A program made the position numbers and the translations under genes. DNA of 64,000 nucleotides from Eledone cirrhosa (taxonomy: Eukaryota). Below, one piece after another: positions 13,820-26,604 of the stretch. The stretch's first letter is position 1; each line of letters begins with the position of its first letter. The notes below the pieces were generated by a model. That model was not told the origin of the DNA. It ran no database searches and was given only the letters and a program-made list of their open reading frames with translations. The stretch spans positions 191,022,001 to 191,086,000 of the forward strand of contig OZ024741.1 of the NCBI GenBank assembly GCA_964016885.1. Reading direction: 5' to 3'.

Positions 13820-14010
13820 AGGGTGGTGAATTGGCAGTATCGGTAGAGGGTTGGACGCCATGCTTTCTAGCATAGTTACGTCCCTTTACAGTCTGAATTC
13901 AAATCCCGCTGAGGTTAACTTTGCCTTTCATCCTTACGGGGTCGATAAAATAAAGTACCAGTAATGTACTGGGTAATTGCTGGCCTTGTGCCAAAAGTAG
14001 AAACAATTAT
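13820..14010 (+). mobile_element. SINE family B, full length
   Basis: Head TGGCAGTATCGGTAGAG, B box, conserved central domain, AACAATTATT end. Confidence 0.85.
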
Positions 14011-14143
14011 TTAACTGCTAAACTGGTGACTATTAACTTTCTGCCAAAGAGGTACCAATATGAGCACTTGATGCACAGACAGAATCTGTATAATAAGATA
14101 AAACAATAAAGTCCCATTTACATGTATTTATGTTTTTATTGGG

Positions 14144-14310
14144 TATCATGTGTTTTGCAGATCATTGGCTCAGGATCACCTGTGGAAGCAATGGACCCAA
14201 CTTCAGCAACGATCTGCTCATCAGGCTAATGAGCAGATTGATGTTTTAGTTGGGTCCATAGCTTCCACAGGTGATTGTGTGGCAATCATCTGTGAAATGC
14301 GTGTAACAGG
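14144..14310. ncRNA. Inverted pair of decayed type I hammerhead ribozymes
   Basis: Minus: CTGATGA-GCAGATCGTTG..CAATGATCTGC-AAAA. Plus: CTAATGA-GCAGAT..ATCTGT-GAAA-TGCGTG-TA-ACAGG. Confidence 0.6.
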
Positions 14311-14556
14311 TTAATACTTAATGTCGAGGAAAATCTTAAAGATTATCCAGCAATCAGAGTATTCGGCTTATTTTCTTTACATATTGTCCAGGCATGCAGT
14401 TTTTCCACAATTAGGTCTGTTGGTGGTCCGTGTTCCAAAATACCTTATCCTATGCAACGCCGGGTACTACTGCTAGTATTTAATAAAAACATAAATACCT
14501 GTAAACGAAACTTCATTTTTTCTTGTTTTCTCTCTCTATATATATGTATATATATA

Positions 14557-15275
14557 TAGGAAAATGTTCAGGACCCCGACGGCAGAGCTCAAGCCGTTTC
14601 CCTTTATCTCTTCTTCTCACTTCCTTCCACTTCCTCCCCTCTTCCTTTTCCTTTTTCCTCTTTCGCTTACCCTGAGGCAGCCCATCGGGCTTTTGTAGCC
14701 TCAGTACTCCCACCCTCGTAAATTCTATATAGCATTGGCCGTAAACGTAATACCAGCTAAAATATAGCAGCTGTTTTAGACTCTAGGTTTTTTTCTTTTT
14801 AAATGTTCAAAAATTTTTTAATTTTAATTTTTTAATTTTATAATTTCCCATTCTCAGATTCCTGTATAATTCTTTTTTCCGCTTGCTTTCTAGCAAGCCT
14901 AAATCATCCACACACCTTATAATTTGCTTTCAACACTTGACCGGCTTTACCCACAACCTCATTGATCTACAGGCAAGTTCAGCCACCCCCACCCCTTACC
15001 CACCGCCATTTAACTGTGTTTACAAGAAATTTTGACAACTACAACCTTCAGAAATACATGATTATCGCATGACCATATACGGAATTACCCCTTAAAATGT
15101 TCGGCTATTTATTACCACGCTAAAAATCTAATTTAGTCCAGAAATAGCCGTCAAAATGGCTTGAGCACTGCTGTCGGGGTCCTGAACATTTTCCTATTAC
15201 CCGCTCTACTACCCAAAGTATCGAGTACTCTGGTGCGTTATGGTCCACCTGGTTCCTTACCACACTTCCTTTGTT
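14557..15275. mobile_element. Unclassified element with asymmetric inverted repeat, inserted in (TA)n
   Basis: TAGGAAAATGTTCAGGACCCCGACGGCAGAGCTCAAGCC at 14557 is inverted at ~15157-15197 and followed by an ~80-nt tail; relatives at 20821 and 42599. Confidence 0.65.
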
Positions 15276-15501
15276 AGATATATATATATAACACAAGCAT
15301 GGAAAATAGATGTAAAACATTAATGATAATGATAAATAAATGTCTATAGTCACAGTATAGTTTGAAGTTTTACTGATATACCACATGTATTGTATGCATA
15401 TATTTATACATAATCGTTATCAACAGCAGCAACAGCTCTTTTACGCCTGTTTATGTACATATATACATATATGTATTTATATATATATACACATATATAC
15501 A

Positions 15502-15562
<61 letters not shown>

Positions 15563-15564
15563 TT

Positions 15565-16775
15565 AGCTTTTATTGACCCAGAGAGGGCCTTTCACAGAGT
15601 ACCCCGATCTGTCATCTGGTAGTCCCTAAGGAAACTAGGTATAGAGGAATGGCTTGTGAAGACAGTACAAGCTATGTACAGGAGTGCTGTCAGTAAAGTG
15701 AGAGTAGGAATGGAGTTTAGTGAGGAAATCCAGATACAAGTAAGAGTACATCAGAGTTTGGTCCTCAGCCTGCTCTTGTTCATTATAGTCCTCCACGCCA
15801 TGACAGAGGAGTTTAAGACTGGCTGTCCATGGGAACTTCTCTATGCTAAGATCTGGTATTTATAGCAGAATCAGTAGAGGAGCTAGAGAATAAATTCTGG
15901 CTATGGAAACAGCAGTTGGAAGCAAGAGGAATGAGAGTGAACCTAGCTAAGACAAAAGTGTTGATGAGTAGAAGAGAGGACAATACTCCGATTCCATCAG
16001 GGTAATGGCCATGTTCGATATGCATAAAAGAAACTGGCATAAATTATATAAAATGTACACAATGCAGATCTTGGGTACACAAGAGATGTAGTGGCATAGC
16101 AGGCAAACTAACAGGTAGGGAGAAATACGTATGCAGTAGATTTACAGGGAAATTTGACAGAAGAAGTCGCATTGATAGACACATTTTTCAAATGCAGGTG
16201 GGTGTTATAGAGGTGGTTGATAGCTTCCGGTACCTAGGTGATCAGATTAGCATGGGAGGGGGTGTTCCAAGACTATAGTATCTAGAATAAGGACGGGGTG
16301 GAAGAAGTTTAGGGAGCTGCTTCCTCTGTTGACGAAGAAGGGTTTCTCCCTGCATATGAAAGGCCTTCTATATGATGTCAGTGTGAGATGTGTGATGCTG
16401 TATGGTAGTGAGACATGGACAGCAACTGCAGAGGATATGCGACGGCTGGAGAGAAATGAGGCAAGCATGCTCCGTTGGATATGCACTGTCAATGTGCATG
16501 AATGACTGAGCATGGATGTGTCTGAGGGGGATAAATTGTAGTGTGTGGGAGAGGAGACTGCGATGGTATGGACATGTGATGCGCATGGAGGATGACCGAT
16601 GGGTGAAGAAGTTCCAAGAAATGCCAGTTGAAGGAAGACGTAGTAGAGGAAGACCACGAAAAACATGGACAGAGGTGGTGAGAGCAGACCTCAGATCGCT
16701 GAAGCTGATGGTGGAGATGACGAAGGACCATGACAAGTGGAAAAGCGAAAGTAAAATGATGATGATGATGATGAT
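15565..16775 (+). mobile_element. RTE LINE, 5'-truncated and decayed
   Basis: PWELLYA, FRYLG, MLYGSETW, RRLRWYGHVMRM, GRPRKTW; (GAT)n tail. Confidence 0.9.
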
Positions 16776-17834
16776 ATATATATATATATAAACATCATCA
16801 TCATCATCATTTAACATATTTTCTATTCTGGCAAGGGCTGGACAGATCATCACAGACTAAGTCAGTAGTCAAGCAGATCTACTGACCACACAGATGGGCC
16901 AGGGGCCTGCATCTTGCTTACTTACTTTGTTGCACTCTACTGAGTGCCTGAGCAGGCCAGGGCTTCACATCTTGCTCTCATGCTCTCTTGAATGCATTTT
17001 ATTTTAACACTATCTTCGAGGAGGTTCTTGTGTCCTGATTCTTGTTTGGCAAACTTTCTACAACTAGATGTCCTTCTTGATACCAATCCCTTAACAGAGT
17101 GTACTAGGTGCATTTATCATGCACCTAGTACACTCTGTTTATCATGCAAATTACCAAAACTAGGGAGGTTATCATGCCTTTGATAAAACAGAAGAAGCCT
17201 ACCAACCCTTTGTTTATATATTTATGTGTATGTGGGGTGTATGTATGTATCTATTCTTGCATGTATGTGTGTGTGTGTGTGTATGTATGTATGTACACAA
17301 AATAAAATGAAACAAACATGTAGAGAACACACTAATTTTCACCAATCCTCTCTCCTCCCATCCACTCTACCCAGTCAAAATACCCCACTCTCTAAATATC
17401 AATGTCTTGTTGCTTACCTGTCTCCCCCCCCCCCCAACCCTCATCCTTGATACTCCTCACCAGCCCAACCCATGCATAGAAGCATGAAAACTGGATATGC
17501 TCTACATCTGATCTCCCACAATGCCGTTGCCATGACAAAGAGCACAAAGTCCACCCTTTATGCTGATCTAGTGCCACAACAAATGCACCCATTCCACCCT
17601 GTAAGGTGGTCATTTCAGTGCCATGATAAAAAGCAATCAGTCCACACTGTAACATGGTTGATGTTGGAAGGGCATCCTGCTGTAGAAACTCAGCCAAAAT
17701 ACAGATCCGTATGAGCAAGACATGATCTCTGAACCTGACTTGTCTCATAGTGTGACAATGCATCTAACCCATGCAAGCATGGAAAATGGACATTAAAGAA
17801 TGATGATGATGATAATAATGATATATATAGGTGT

Positions 17835-18215
17835 CATCATCATCATCATCAACGTTTAACGTCCGTGTTCCACGCTTGCATGGGTTTGGACGGGGGTAGT
17901 CCCACTTGAGGCAAGAGTGATTGTCTTGCTCGCATAGGACTGTCTGGCAGGTTTTCTACAGTTGGATGCCCTTCCTAACACCAACCACATTTACAGTGTG
18001 GGTCTGGGAGGTTTTTACCGTGTTGCCTACACGGCCACATTACAGCGTGGACTGTGTGTTTTTTGTCGTGACACCTACACGATCTCATTTGTTTCGGCCT
18101 CGATGGCGCGGCACCAACATAACTTTACATAGAACGGGGTGGTGTGGATCGGGTGGGGGTGGGGGTGGTGGGACGGGGTGTATTTTGTTAGAGATGCCTA
18201 CTGGCTGGAGTAGGT
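17835..18215 (-). mobile_element. RTE LINE 3' UTR, near-identical to 38340-38710
   Basis: (CAT)n followed by AACGTTTAACGTCCGTGTTCCACGCTTGCATGGG. Confidence 0.85.
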
Positions 18216-18651
18216 TTTACTAGAATATGAGAATATACATAGTCATGTGCATGTAATACATATATATTTAAAATATATTATACAATTGTTTGTGTGCATT
18301 CCAATCTTTAGAATAAGTACACAGTATTCCTCCGTATTGTTAGAGGAGACATCAGAAAGGACACCCAATTGTAAAACACTGCCTTATAATATGCTTTCCA
18401 ACCTATGCTGGATATATGTGTGTGTATATACTGTATATCCATGTATATGTATATATATGTATATGTATATGTGTATGTACACACATACACATGCACACAC
18501 ATTCACATATACATACATATTCAAATTTGTATATACACACATATAACCTATGAATAATACATTAATATACATGTGAGTTTGTATAGGTATATTTATGTCA
18601 AAATGTGTTTCTACACACACATGTTGTGCACGTGTGTGCCCAAATGTTCCC

Positions 18652-18692
<41 letters not shown>

Positions 18693-19008
18693 CCACGCAT
18701 TCTCACGTCACCAACCCCATTCCCTCTCACAAACACTTTCATTGCTGTTACAATCAGACAATGATAGTCTTCTATCTTTACATTTAACACACTTTAGTAT
18801 TTTAAATATCCTAGAGTGATATTTATGATGTGTACTGCTATTACTCTTTTTCATTACTATGTCATTCTGTACATCTGACATCATGCACAATTACACACTA
18901 CAATGGTACTGTCTGTCTGTTGTCTGTCTGTCTGTCTGTCTGTCACCACCCATCAAACATCGAACACCCATTGTGGTCTAACTTCACAACACATGGTGCT
19001 GTCTATCA

Positions 19009-19041
<33 letters not shown>

Positions 19042-19224
19042 CCTAACTGTCTCTACATCAGCTATATATTATTGTCTAACTTCACAACACATGGTGCTGT
19101 CTATCAGTCAGTCTGTCTGTCTATCAGTCTGTCTGTCTGTCTGTCTGTCTACCTAACTGTCTCTACATCAGCTATATATTATTGTCTAACTTCACAACAC
19201 ACTACAATGATGTTATCTATATCT

Positions 19225-20085
19225 GTCTGTATGTATGTCTAACATCAGACAGATACCCATTGAGGCCCCACTTCACAACAACACACAACAATGATGTTGT
19301 CTGACTGCTAGACTATCTGTATGCCGTCTGTCTATATGTATGTCTAACATCAGACAGATACCCATTGAGGCCCCACTTCACAACAACACACAACAGTGAT
19401 GTTGTCTGACTGCTAGTCTATCTGTATGCCGTCTGTCTATATGTATGTCTAACATCAGACAGATACCCATTGAGGCCCCACTTCACAACAACACACAACA
19501 GTGATGTTGTCTGACTGCTAGACTATCTGTATGCCGTCTGTCTATATGTATGTCTAACATCAGACAGATACCCATTGAGGCCCCACTTCACAACAACACA
19601 CAACAATGATGTTGTCTGACTGCTAGACTATCTGTATGCTGTCTGTCTATATGTATGTCTAACATCAGACAGATACCCATTGAGGCCCCACTTCACAACA
19701 ACACACAACAATGATGTTGTCTGACTGCTAGTCTATCTGTATGCCGTCTGTCTATATGTATGTCTAACATCAGACAGATACCCATTGAGGCCCCACTTCA
19801 CAACAACACACAACAGTGATGTTGTCTGACTGCTAGACTATCTGTATGCCGTCTGTCTATATGTATGTCTAACATCAGACAGATACCCATTGAGGCCCCA
19901 CTTCACAACAACACACAACAGTGATGTTGTCTGACTGCTAGACTATCTGTATGCCGTCTGTCTATATGTATGTCTAACATCAGACAGATACCCATTGAGG
20001 CCCCACTTCACAACAACACACAACAGTGATGTTGTCTGACTGCTAGTCTATCTGTATGCCGTCTGTCTGTATGTATGTCTAACAT
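19225..20085. repeat. 105-bp tandem repeat, about 8 near-identical copies
   Basis: AACATCAGACAGATACCC recurs at 19241, 19346, 19451 and onward to 19976. Confidence 0.95.
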
Positions 20086-20321
20086 TAATATCAAATGCAC
20101 ATTGCTGTTTAACTTAACAATTACACACTTCAATACAGAATGAATTATCAGAAAATAACCAACTAAGCACATCTGTTTTCACCCTGTGTTTATTTAGTGT
20201 ATACATCATGTGTGTCTGTTTTGTGTATTTGTATTTCTATCTGTGAGGTGTTTAAGTGTGTACATATTGTATACAGAATTGTATAAATATATGAATGAGT
20301 ATATGTACATATATATACATG

Positions 20322-20755
20322 CTTGGTGGCTGCCAACTCGTTTTTGAGTACGGCCACTACTTTATATCCATGTAGGAGAACCCCTACCGATGCGCTGAAC
20401 GAGTGTGGCTTTTTAGTCCAGCCAGCGACTTGAAAACTCTGGTACAAACACTACATTTGTGACAATTACTGACACATAGTGCTGGGTCCATGGTATCATG
20501 TGACGACAAGTGCAGAGAGATCTCCAGATATAAAGCAATGCCTGTGCCGTGAAGCTTTTATAGTGAGCAAAGGCACTGCACAAAGCCAGTTCCACTCTCT
20601 TAACCAAGATGATATTTACCAAAAAGAAGAACAAGTCAACATCATTGGATACCATCAGGGTTGCAGGTGTTATATCAGAGTTTTCCTTCTTCTAGAATTC
20701 TCCCTTGACAAAGGCTAAGGGGTCATCTCTCCCGGACAAAGGCTAAGGGGTCATC
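20322..20755 (-). mobile_element. Non-autonomous repeat family C, 3' portion (putatively RTE-derived)
   Basis: Near-identical reverse complement of 55893-56302. Confidence 0.75.
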
Positions 20756-20820
20756 ATACATACACACATACATACACAGATAAATACATACATGCATGTG
20801 TATATATATATATATATATA

Positions 20821-20995
20821 TAGGGAAATGTATGACCCCGACGGCAGAGCTCAAGCCATTTTCGACGGCTATTTCTGGACTCAGAAATAGCCGTCGAAAC
20901 GGGGTCATACATTTTCCTATTACCCACTCTACTACCCTAAGTATTGAGTACTCTGGTGCGTTATGATCCATCTGTTTCCTTACCACAACTCCTTC

Positions 20996-21000
<5 letters not shown>
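20821..21000. mobile_element. Mini copy of the asymmetric-IR element in (TA)n
   Basis: Same left end and same tail as 14557-15275. Confidence 0.7.
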
Positions 21001-21071
<71 letters not shown>

Positions 21072-21119
21072 AGTGTGTGTGTATGTGTGCCTGCATGTGT
21101 GTCTGTATATATAATTATA

Positions 21120-24100
21120 TATCATCATGGCTTGGTTTTGTGAATGGATATTATAAAGGGGTGGTCTATTTTGACTGCAAGCATGCTCATGGCTGTACAG
21201 GCCAATGCGGGACAAGCAGGAGTGGTTGCAGTGGCTGTAGTTGAAAGTCTGGTCAGGGTTTAATGCCTTGGTGTTGTGTTTCTTCCTCCTGTGCCTTGTG
21301 TCCTTGTGGGTGGTTCTGTGGGTGTTTTCGAAGGAGGAGACAGTATGGTTGATGTTGAGATGCCAGGCGTCATTGTTCCTAGCTAGAGTGGACCACTTGT
21401 GATGGTTGATGTGACAGGCACCAAGGGGTTTTTTCAAACAGTCCTTGTAACGTTTCCTTGGTGCATCCCTGTCACGATGGCCAGTGGAGACCATACAGTG
21501 TGATCCTGGGCAGGCGATGATCCTTCACCCTGGAGTCGAAAGTGGTGGCGATAAGTGACCCATAACATTGAGCCACATAGGAAGGTGGTAAGGACTATGG
21601 ATCTGTACACTTTGATTTTGGTACCCTTCTTCAGGTGTTTATTGTTCTACACACGTTTGTACAGTCACCCAACTGCACTGCTCACCTTTGCCTGTCTGTT
21701 GCTCATTTCCCTGTCAATCTTGGTATCTGATGTGATGATGCACCCCCTGATGAACTGATGGAGTATTTTCAGTTCAGTCTCACCGATGGTGATATGGGGA
21801 GGGTGGTATGGAGTACCTCCATCTTCTTTAAGTCTACTTCCAAAGAGGTTGGCAGCCTCTGCAAAGCAGGAAGTGGTGGGCTGCAAGGCTCTTTCTGTGT
21901 GGGCAACAAGAGCAGCATCATCAAACGCAACCCTGCTTCACTCCATTGAAAATCTGGAAGGGCACTGAGAGGTCATTGTTGAGTCTGACTTGGCCACGCT
22001 AGTCTTCGTATAGCTGGATGACCATGTTCAGTAGCTTTGGGAGACAGCTGAGTCATTCTATGATCTGCCACATTCCTTTTTTGTTCACTGTATTGAAAGC
22101 TTTAGTCAAATCCACAAATATCACATACAGCTCTTTATTTTGCTCTTGATACTTCTCTTGGAGCTGCCTAAGAACAAACACAATGTCAGTGGTGTTCCTG
22201 TTGACTGAAGACACACTTGCTCGCTATTACTTTGCCATTCCTTAGCTGCTCTATGGCTTTAGGGGTCTCTTCAATGGTGGGCAACACATCCAGCTTCACT
22301 TTTACTGGTTGTTTCGGAATGCAGGGAATTGCTGATTTCTAAATTGTACGGTTAGTGTTGAAAAGGGCCTGGAAATGTTCTGACCACCTGCTTAAGATGG
22401 ACGTCATGTCTATGAGGAAGGTCTGGCCATCTATACTGCACAAAGAACTCTGGACATGATATGTAGGGCCATACATCACCTTTAAGGCTTTGTAGAAGCC
22501 TCTAATATCTCCAGTGTCTGCACACAACTGAATCTCTCAGCGAGATTGGTCCATCACTTGTTCTGGATCTCTCGAAGCATATGCTGATGCTAGTCACAAG
22601 ACAAGATGGGTGAGCTAAGTGAGCAATTTTTGAACCTCCTTGTCATTTTCATCAAACCAGTCCTTGTTCCTTTTTGATATGAATCCAAGGATTTCCCCAG
22701 ATGTTTGCAGAATTACTTTGTAGTGGAACTACGTCGCACCTCACAATAGCAACATTTTCATATGCAATAAGGTCAAACTGACCAATGGGAAGTTGCGTAT
22801 GAATACATGGTCAATCTCACTCTCGCTCTCTCAGAGAGCACTCGAGAGACCAGACAGACTGAGCTGACCAGGAGATGATACATACGCGCGAAGATTTATT
22901 GTAAAATGACTGCTACATTCCTTTTCAACAAATAAAATTATATTTATAGAGGATTGAGCATTAAAGAGCTATTTATTTATATCCTGGAAGTCAGAAGTAT
23001 TTACTACCGATGAGAAGCTACCAACTCTTCGATTAAGGTATTTCAATTATATCGCTTATAACTAAGATCCTTTGAAGACCAATAACAACAATATAAAAGG
23101 ATATAGAAAATATTTAACCCCTCATCCTATCTATAAAATGGTGACCCGACTGTAAAGAATACATCCTTCACACACATAAAAAAAAAAAAAAGTTGAGCTT
23201 TCAATAACACAATATTTCTTCACACATGGCATTTTTGTCCAATATGGCGACTCACCTCCTTCTTCTTCATCAACGATTCCTGCGCTTTTACTTTGGCTGA
23301 CATAAGCGCACTCTCTACTGTTGCAAGGATACTATGGAACTTAAAAAATTATTTTTACATGTTTTGTTCACAACTATTTTGTTAAAGTTTACGAACGTCT
23401 TTGATGTACACCTTGGCGACTATACACCTACACAGCTCTTACGGAGGATGAGAGAGCTGGCAGAAGACGCACTGGCTGACAGCGCCATGATCAAGCAGCT
23501 TTTCTTCTCTAGGCTGCCACCTAATGTTCAGGCCATTTTAGCAGCGATGATCGAAACCAGTTCGGTGGATCAGTTGCCGACATCCGCTGATAAAATTTTG
23601 GAGTACTCCGGCAATTCGACCACTACTACCCCATCACGAATTGCAACAAATGCGTCACCTTTTCCTGTCACATCAGTTTCAGCCAGCGCTACTTCGATCA
23701 ACGAAGCAACACTAAAGGCCATCCGTGACCTTATGAAGGAGGTACAACTTCTTTGTTTATCCAGAGCGAGATTTCCCCGACAACGGTCGTGGAATCACTC
23801 AAATTTTTCACATCGTCATTTCCAACCTTCACCATCGTGAGCATGCTTTTACCATAACCTTTCGGAGCCTCTGCTCATAAATGTATCCAGCCTTGTTCTT
23901 TTTCACTCCGGGGAAACGACATAATGGAGAATTAAGCACGACATCTTCTCCACAATTCAGTACTGAAAGTCATGCATTTTTCATTACAGATTCCTTCTCG
24001 CACGCTGCCTCATTGATACAGGTGCGTCTTGCAGAATTTGGCCATTAAAACTCTTGAAAGAGAAACCTCCTCTCTCACACATATCACTACAAGCTATAAA

Positions 24101-24825
24101 CCATTCAGCTATCCCTATGTATGGACAAATCTCTTGCTCTTTGGACCTGGATTTACGTAGAGATTTCTCATGGATTTTCACCATAGCTGATTTGCCATAT
24201 CCTATTCTGGGTGCTGATTTTTTGCATCATTTCAATCTTATGGTTGATATGCGGACACCTCATTTACTGGACGCAACTACGAATCTTTCTGCGCTTGCAC
24301 GTACTTCAGTAATCCAGTCTATCAGTCTACTCTTCTACATCGCTGCTTCAGATGACCCGTATCATGCGCTTTTGCATTCCTTTCCGGAATTAACGAACCT
24401 GAACTTTGTGGTAAATACCCCTACTCACTCTACCAAATATTTTATTGAAACTAAGGGTGCTCCAGTTTTTTCATGCCTGTGTTGCCTTGCTCTGGAAAAA
24501 TTAAAAGCGGCTAAGGCAAAGTTTAACCATATGCTGCGAGGTGCGATGTAGTTCCACTACAACTTTTTTCAGATATTTCCAAAGTGTTCCAGGAGAGGGA
24601 TCTGTGAGAAGGATTGAATCTTCAAGCCTCAACTGAAGGGCTGCCTGGAAGTCAGCATTCACTTCAGTTGACTGGAAACTGCTAACCTTGAACTTTTTCC
24701 TGGATGAGGTGGGGGGGGGGGGGTCCTCTTTTCTTTGATTTGGGTTTAAAGTGGAACTTGAGTTTGTAGCATACAAGACAATGGTCAGTGTGACATTCTG
24801 CATTGAGCATCACTCAAGTTTGCAA
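21120..24825 (-). mobile_element. RTE (BovB-like) LINE interrupted by a Gypsy element at 22719-24561
   Basis: Minus strand DWFDEN, RWSEHF, FVDLTKAFNTV, APRKRYKDCLK, CNHSCLSRIGLYSHEHAC; reading resumes across the insertion. Confidence 0.85.
22719..24561 (+). mobile_element. Truncated Ty3/Gypsy LTR retrotransposon (LTR ~22719-23135, PBS ~23139, gag, protease)
   Basis: TGTAG start; TGGTGACCCGAC PBS; LGDYTPTQLLRRM..LFFSRLP gag; CFYH..HKC knuckle; LIDTGAS and ILGADFL protease; ACTT target duplication. Confidence 0.85.
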
Positions 24826-25193
24826 GCTGGGATGGTGACAGGGAGGTCCTCAGTTTGTAGGTTTTACATCAGAGTGCCCTTCTCCTAGCCTCTGCCTCAA
24901 AAACCTTCCTCGGAGGCACATCAGTAGGTTTAGGGACATGGCACAATGTGCCTTGTCATGAAGATCATTTAACTCATAGGTGGAACCCTGACAAGTATTA
25001 TCACGCCAGGCCAGATCCCCAGAACTCTCGAACTGGAACCTCACCATCAGATGCAGTTTAGTGTCTTTCCCAGGACAATATTCCTGATGATTTCTAAAGA
25101 ATGAAACAGTTCTAGTCCTGTAGAATCTCATCTATATTAAAACTATATATATATATATAAAAAAGAAAATTTCGCTCTACATGGATGAATACA

Positions 25194-25585
25194 ATAAATG
25201 TAATCTAAGTTTTTCGAATATTAATAATTGTTTCTACTTTAGGCACAAGGCCAGCAATTACCCAGTGCATTACTGGTACTTTATTTTATCGACCCCGTAA
25301 GGATGAAAGGCAAAGTCAACCTCGGCGGGATTTGAACTCAGATCGTAAAGGGACGTAACTATGCTGGAAAGCATGACGTCCGACCCTCTACCGATACTGC
25401 CAATCCACCAATTCGATTCGTTTGCAATTATGCAAACAAGCCTCAATTTTATAGCCATGTCAGTAGAATGAACACTTCATTTTTGCTCTTGTGTTGGCAT
25501 GGCTATAAAATTGAGGCTTGTTTGCATAATTGCAAACGAATCGAATGTTATTATTAATATTCGAAAAACTCAGATTACATTTATA
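25194..25585. repeat. Fold-back (MITE-like) element with a SINE B (25228-25410, minus) inserted in its left arm
   Basis: TTCGATTCGTTTGCAATTATGCAAACAAGCCTCAATTTTATAGCCATG and its inverse; the outer arm continues on the far side of the SINE. Confidence 0.8.
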
Positions 25586-25641
25586 TATATATATAATCGA
25601 ATGTTATTATTAATATTCGAAAAACTCAGATTACATTTATA

Positions 25642-25689
<48 letters not shown>

Positions 25690-25699
25690 TAAGTCGTTT

Positions 25700-26320
25700 G
25701 GAAGCCTCGACAATGCAAATGGGTAAATCTCCGTGTCACAATTCTAGCGACTGAAAGAAACGTTGGCACGTTACGTATCAGGGAAGTGCTTTTTATCAAA
25801 CGCCTGCAACCGCAAATAAACAACCGATCAGAGAGAAGCGAAATGAGATGGCTGGTTTAAGCTAACAAACGATGCAGCAACACATGCACACACACACACA
25901 CAAACGAGACAACTACACACACACACATGCACACACACACAGTAGCATTCCACCATACGAACATACTACACTGCCAATACAGAGGAACCAGGCAGCAACA
26001 CACGCACACACACACACACTCAAGCGAGACAACAACACACGCACACACACACACAGTAACATTTAACAAACAGGCAGAGAATGGACTGACAGCTAGCGCC
26101 ACCCCACTCCCTCATTCGGCCGCTGACCTCTGCCCGACCGACCCCATTTCACACGCACGCGCGCTCTGTCGAATACCTCAGATATTCAAAACAACAAACA
26201 GCGGAGGACGCGTTTCGCACCTGTCCGACAGACAACCTTTCCCCCACCCCGGAAAAACCCCCAGTTGATGGATGTGAATCCGAAATATATAGGGACTATT
26301 AAATCTCTCCCAAGGTAACT
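25700..26320 (+). promoter_or_regulatory. CpG-rich unique region; candidate promoter and first exon ending at a splice donor
   Basis: CpG-dense in an otherwise CpG-depleted window; CCAAG|GTAACT donor at 26315; ATG at 26268 gives MDVNPKYIGTIKSLP. Confidence 0.45.
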
Positions 26321-26539
26321 CTCTCTCATGTTGTTATTTTTATTTTATCCTTTATACTCTTTCCTTCATTCTTCTACACATCTCATACACACCACGCATC
26401 TCAACGTACACCCACTTACATCTCTCTCTCCACCACCGGATCTTGTTACCCGGAGATTTACCCATTTGCATTGTCGAGGCTTCCAAACGACTTCAAGATA
26501 TTTACTTATATTCCACAATGTTTCAAGCAAACTTCAATA

Positions 26540-26596
<57 letters not shown>

Positions 26597-26604
26597 GATG
26601 TAGG

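Noticed and set aside
14450-14478. Helitron 3' end GCAACGCCGGGTACTACTGCTAGT
   Set aside because: Plausible, but the hairpin is broken and no 5' end could be placed
20874-20920. GAAAC..GTC hammerhead half
   Set aside because: No CUGANGA box; produced by a deletion inside the inverted repeat
25412-25545. pre-miRNA or hammerhead in this hairpin
   Set aside because: No ribozyme core found; long arms interrupted by a SINE favour a MITE-like repeat
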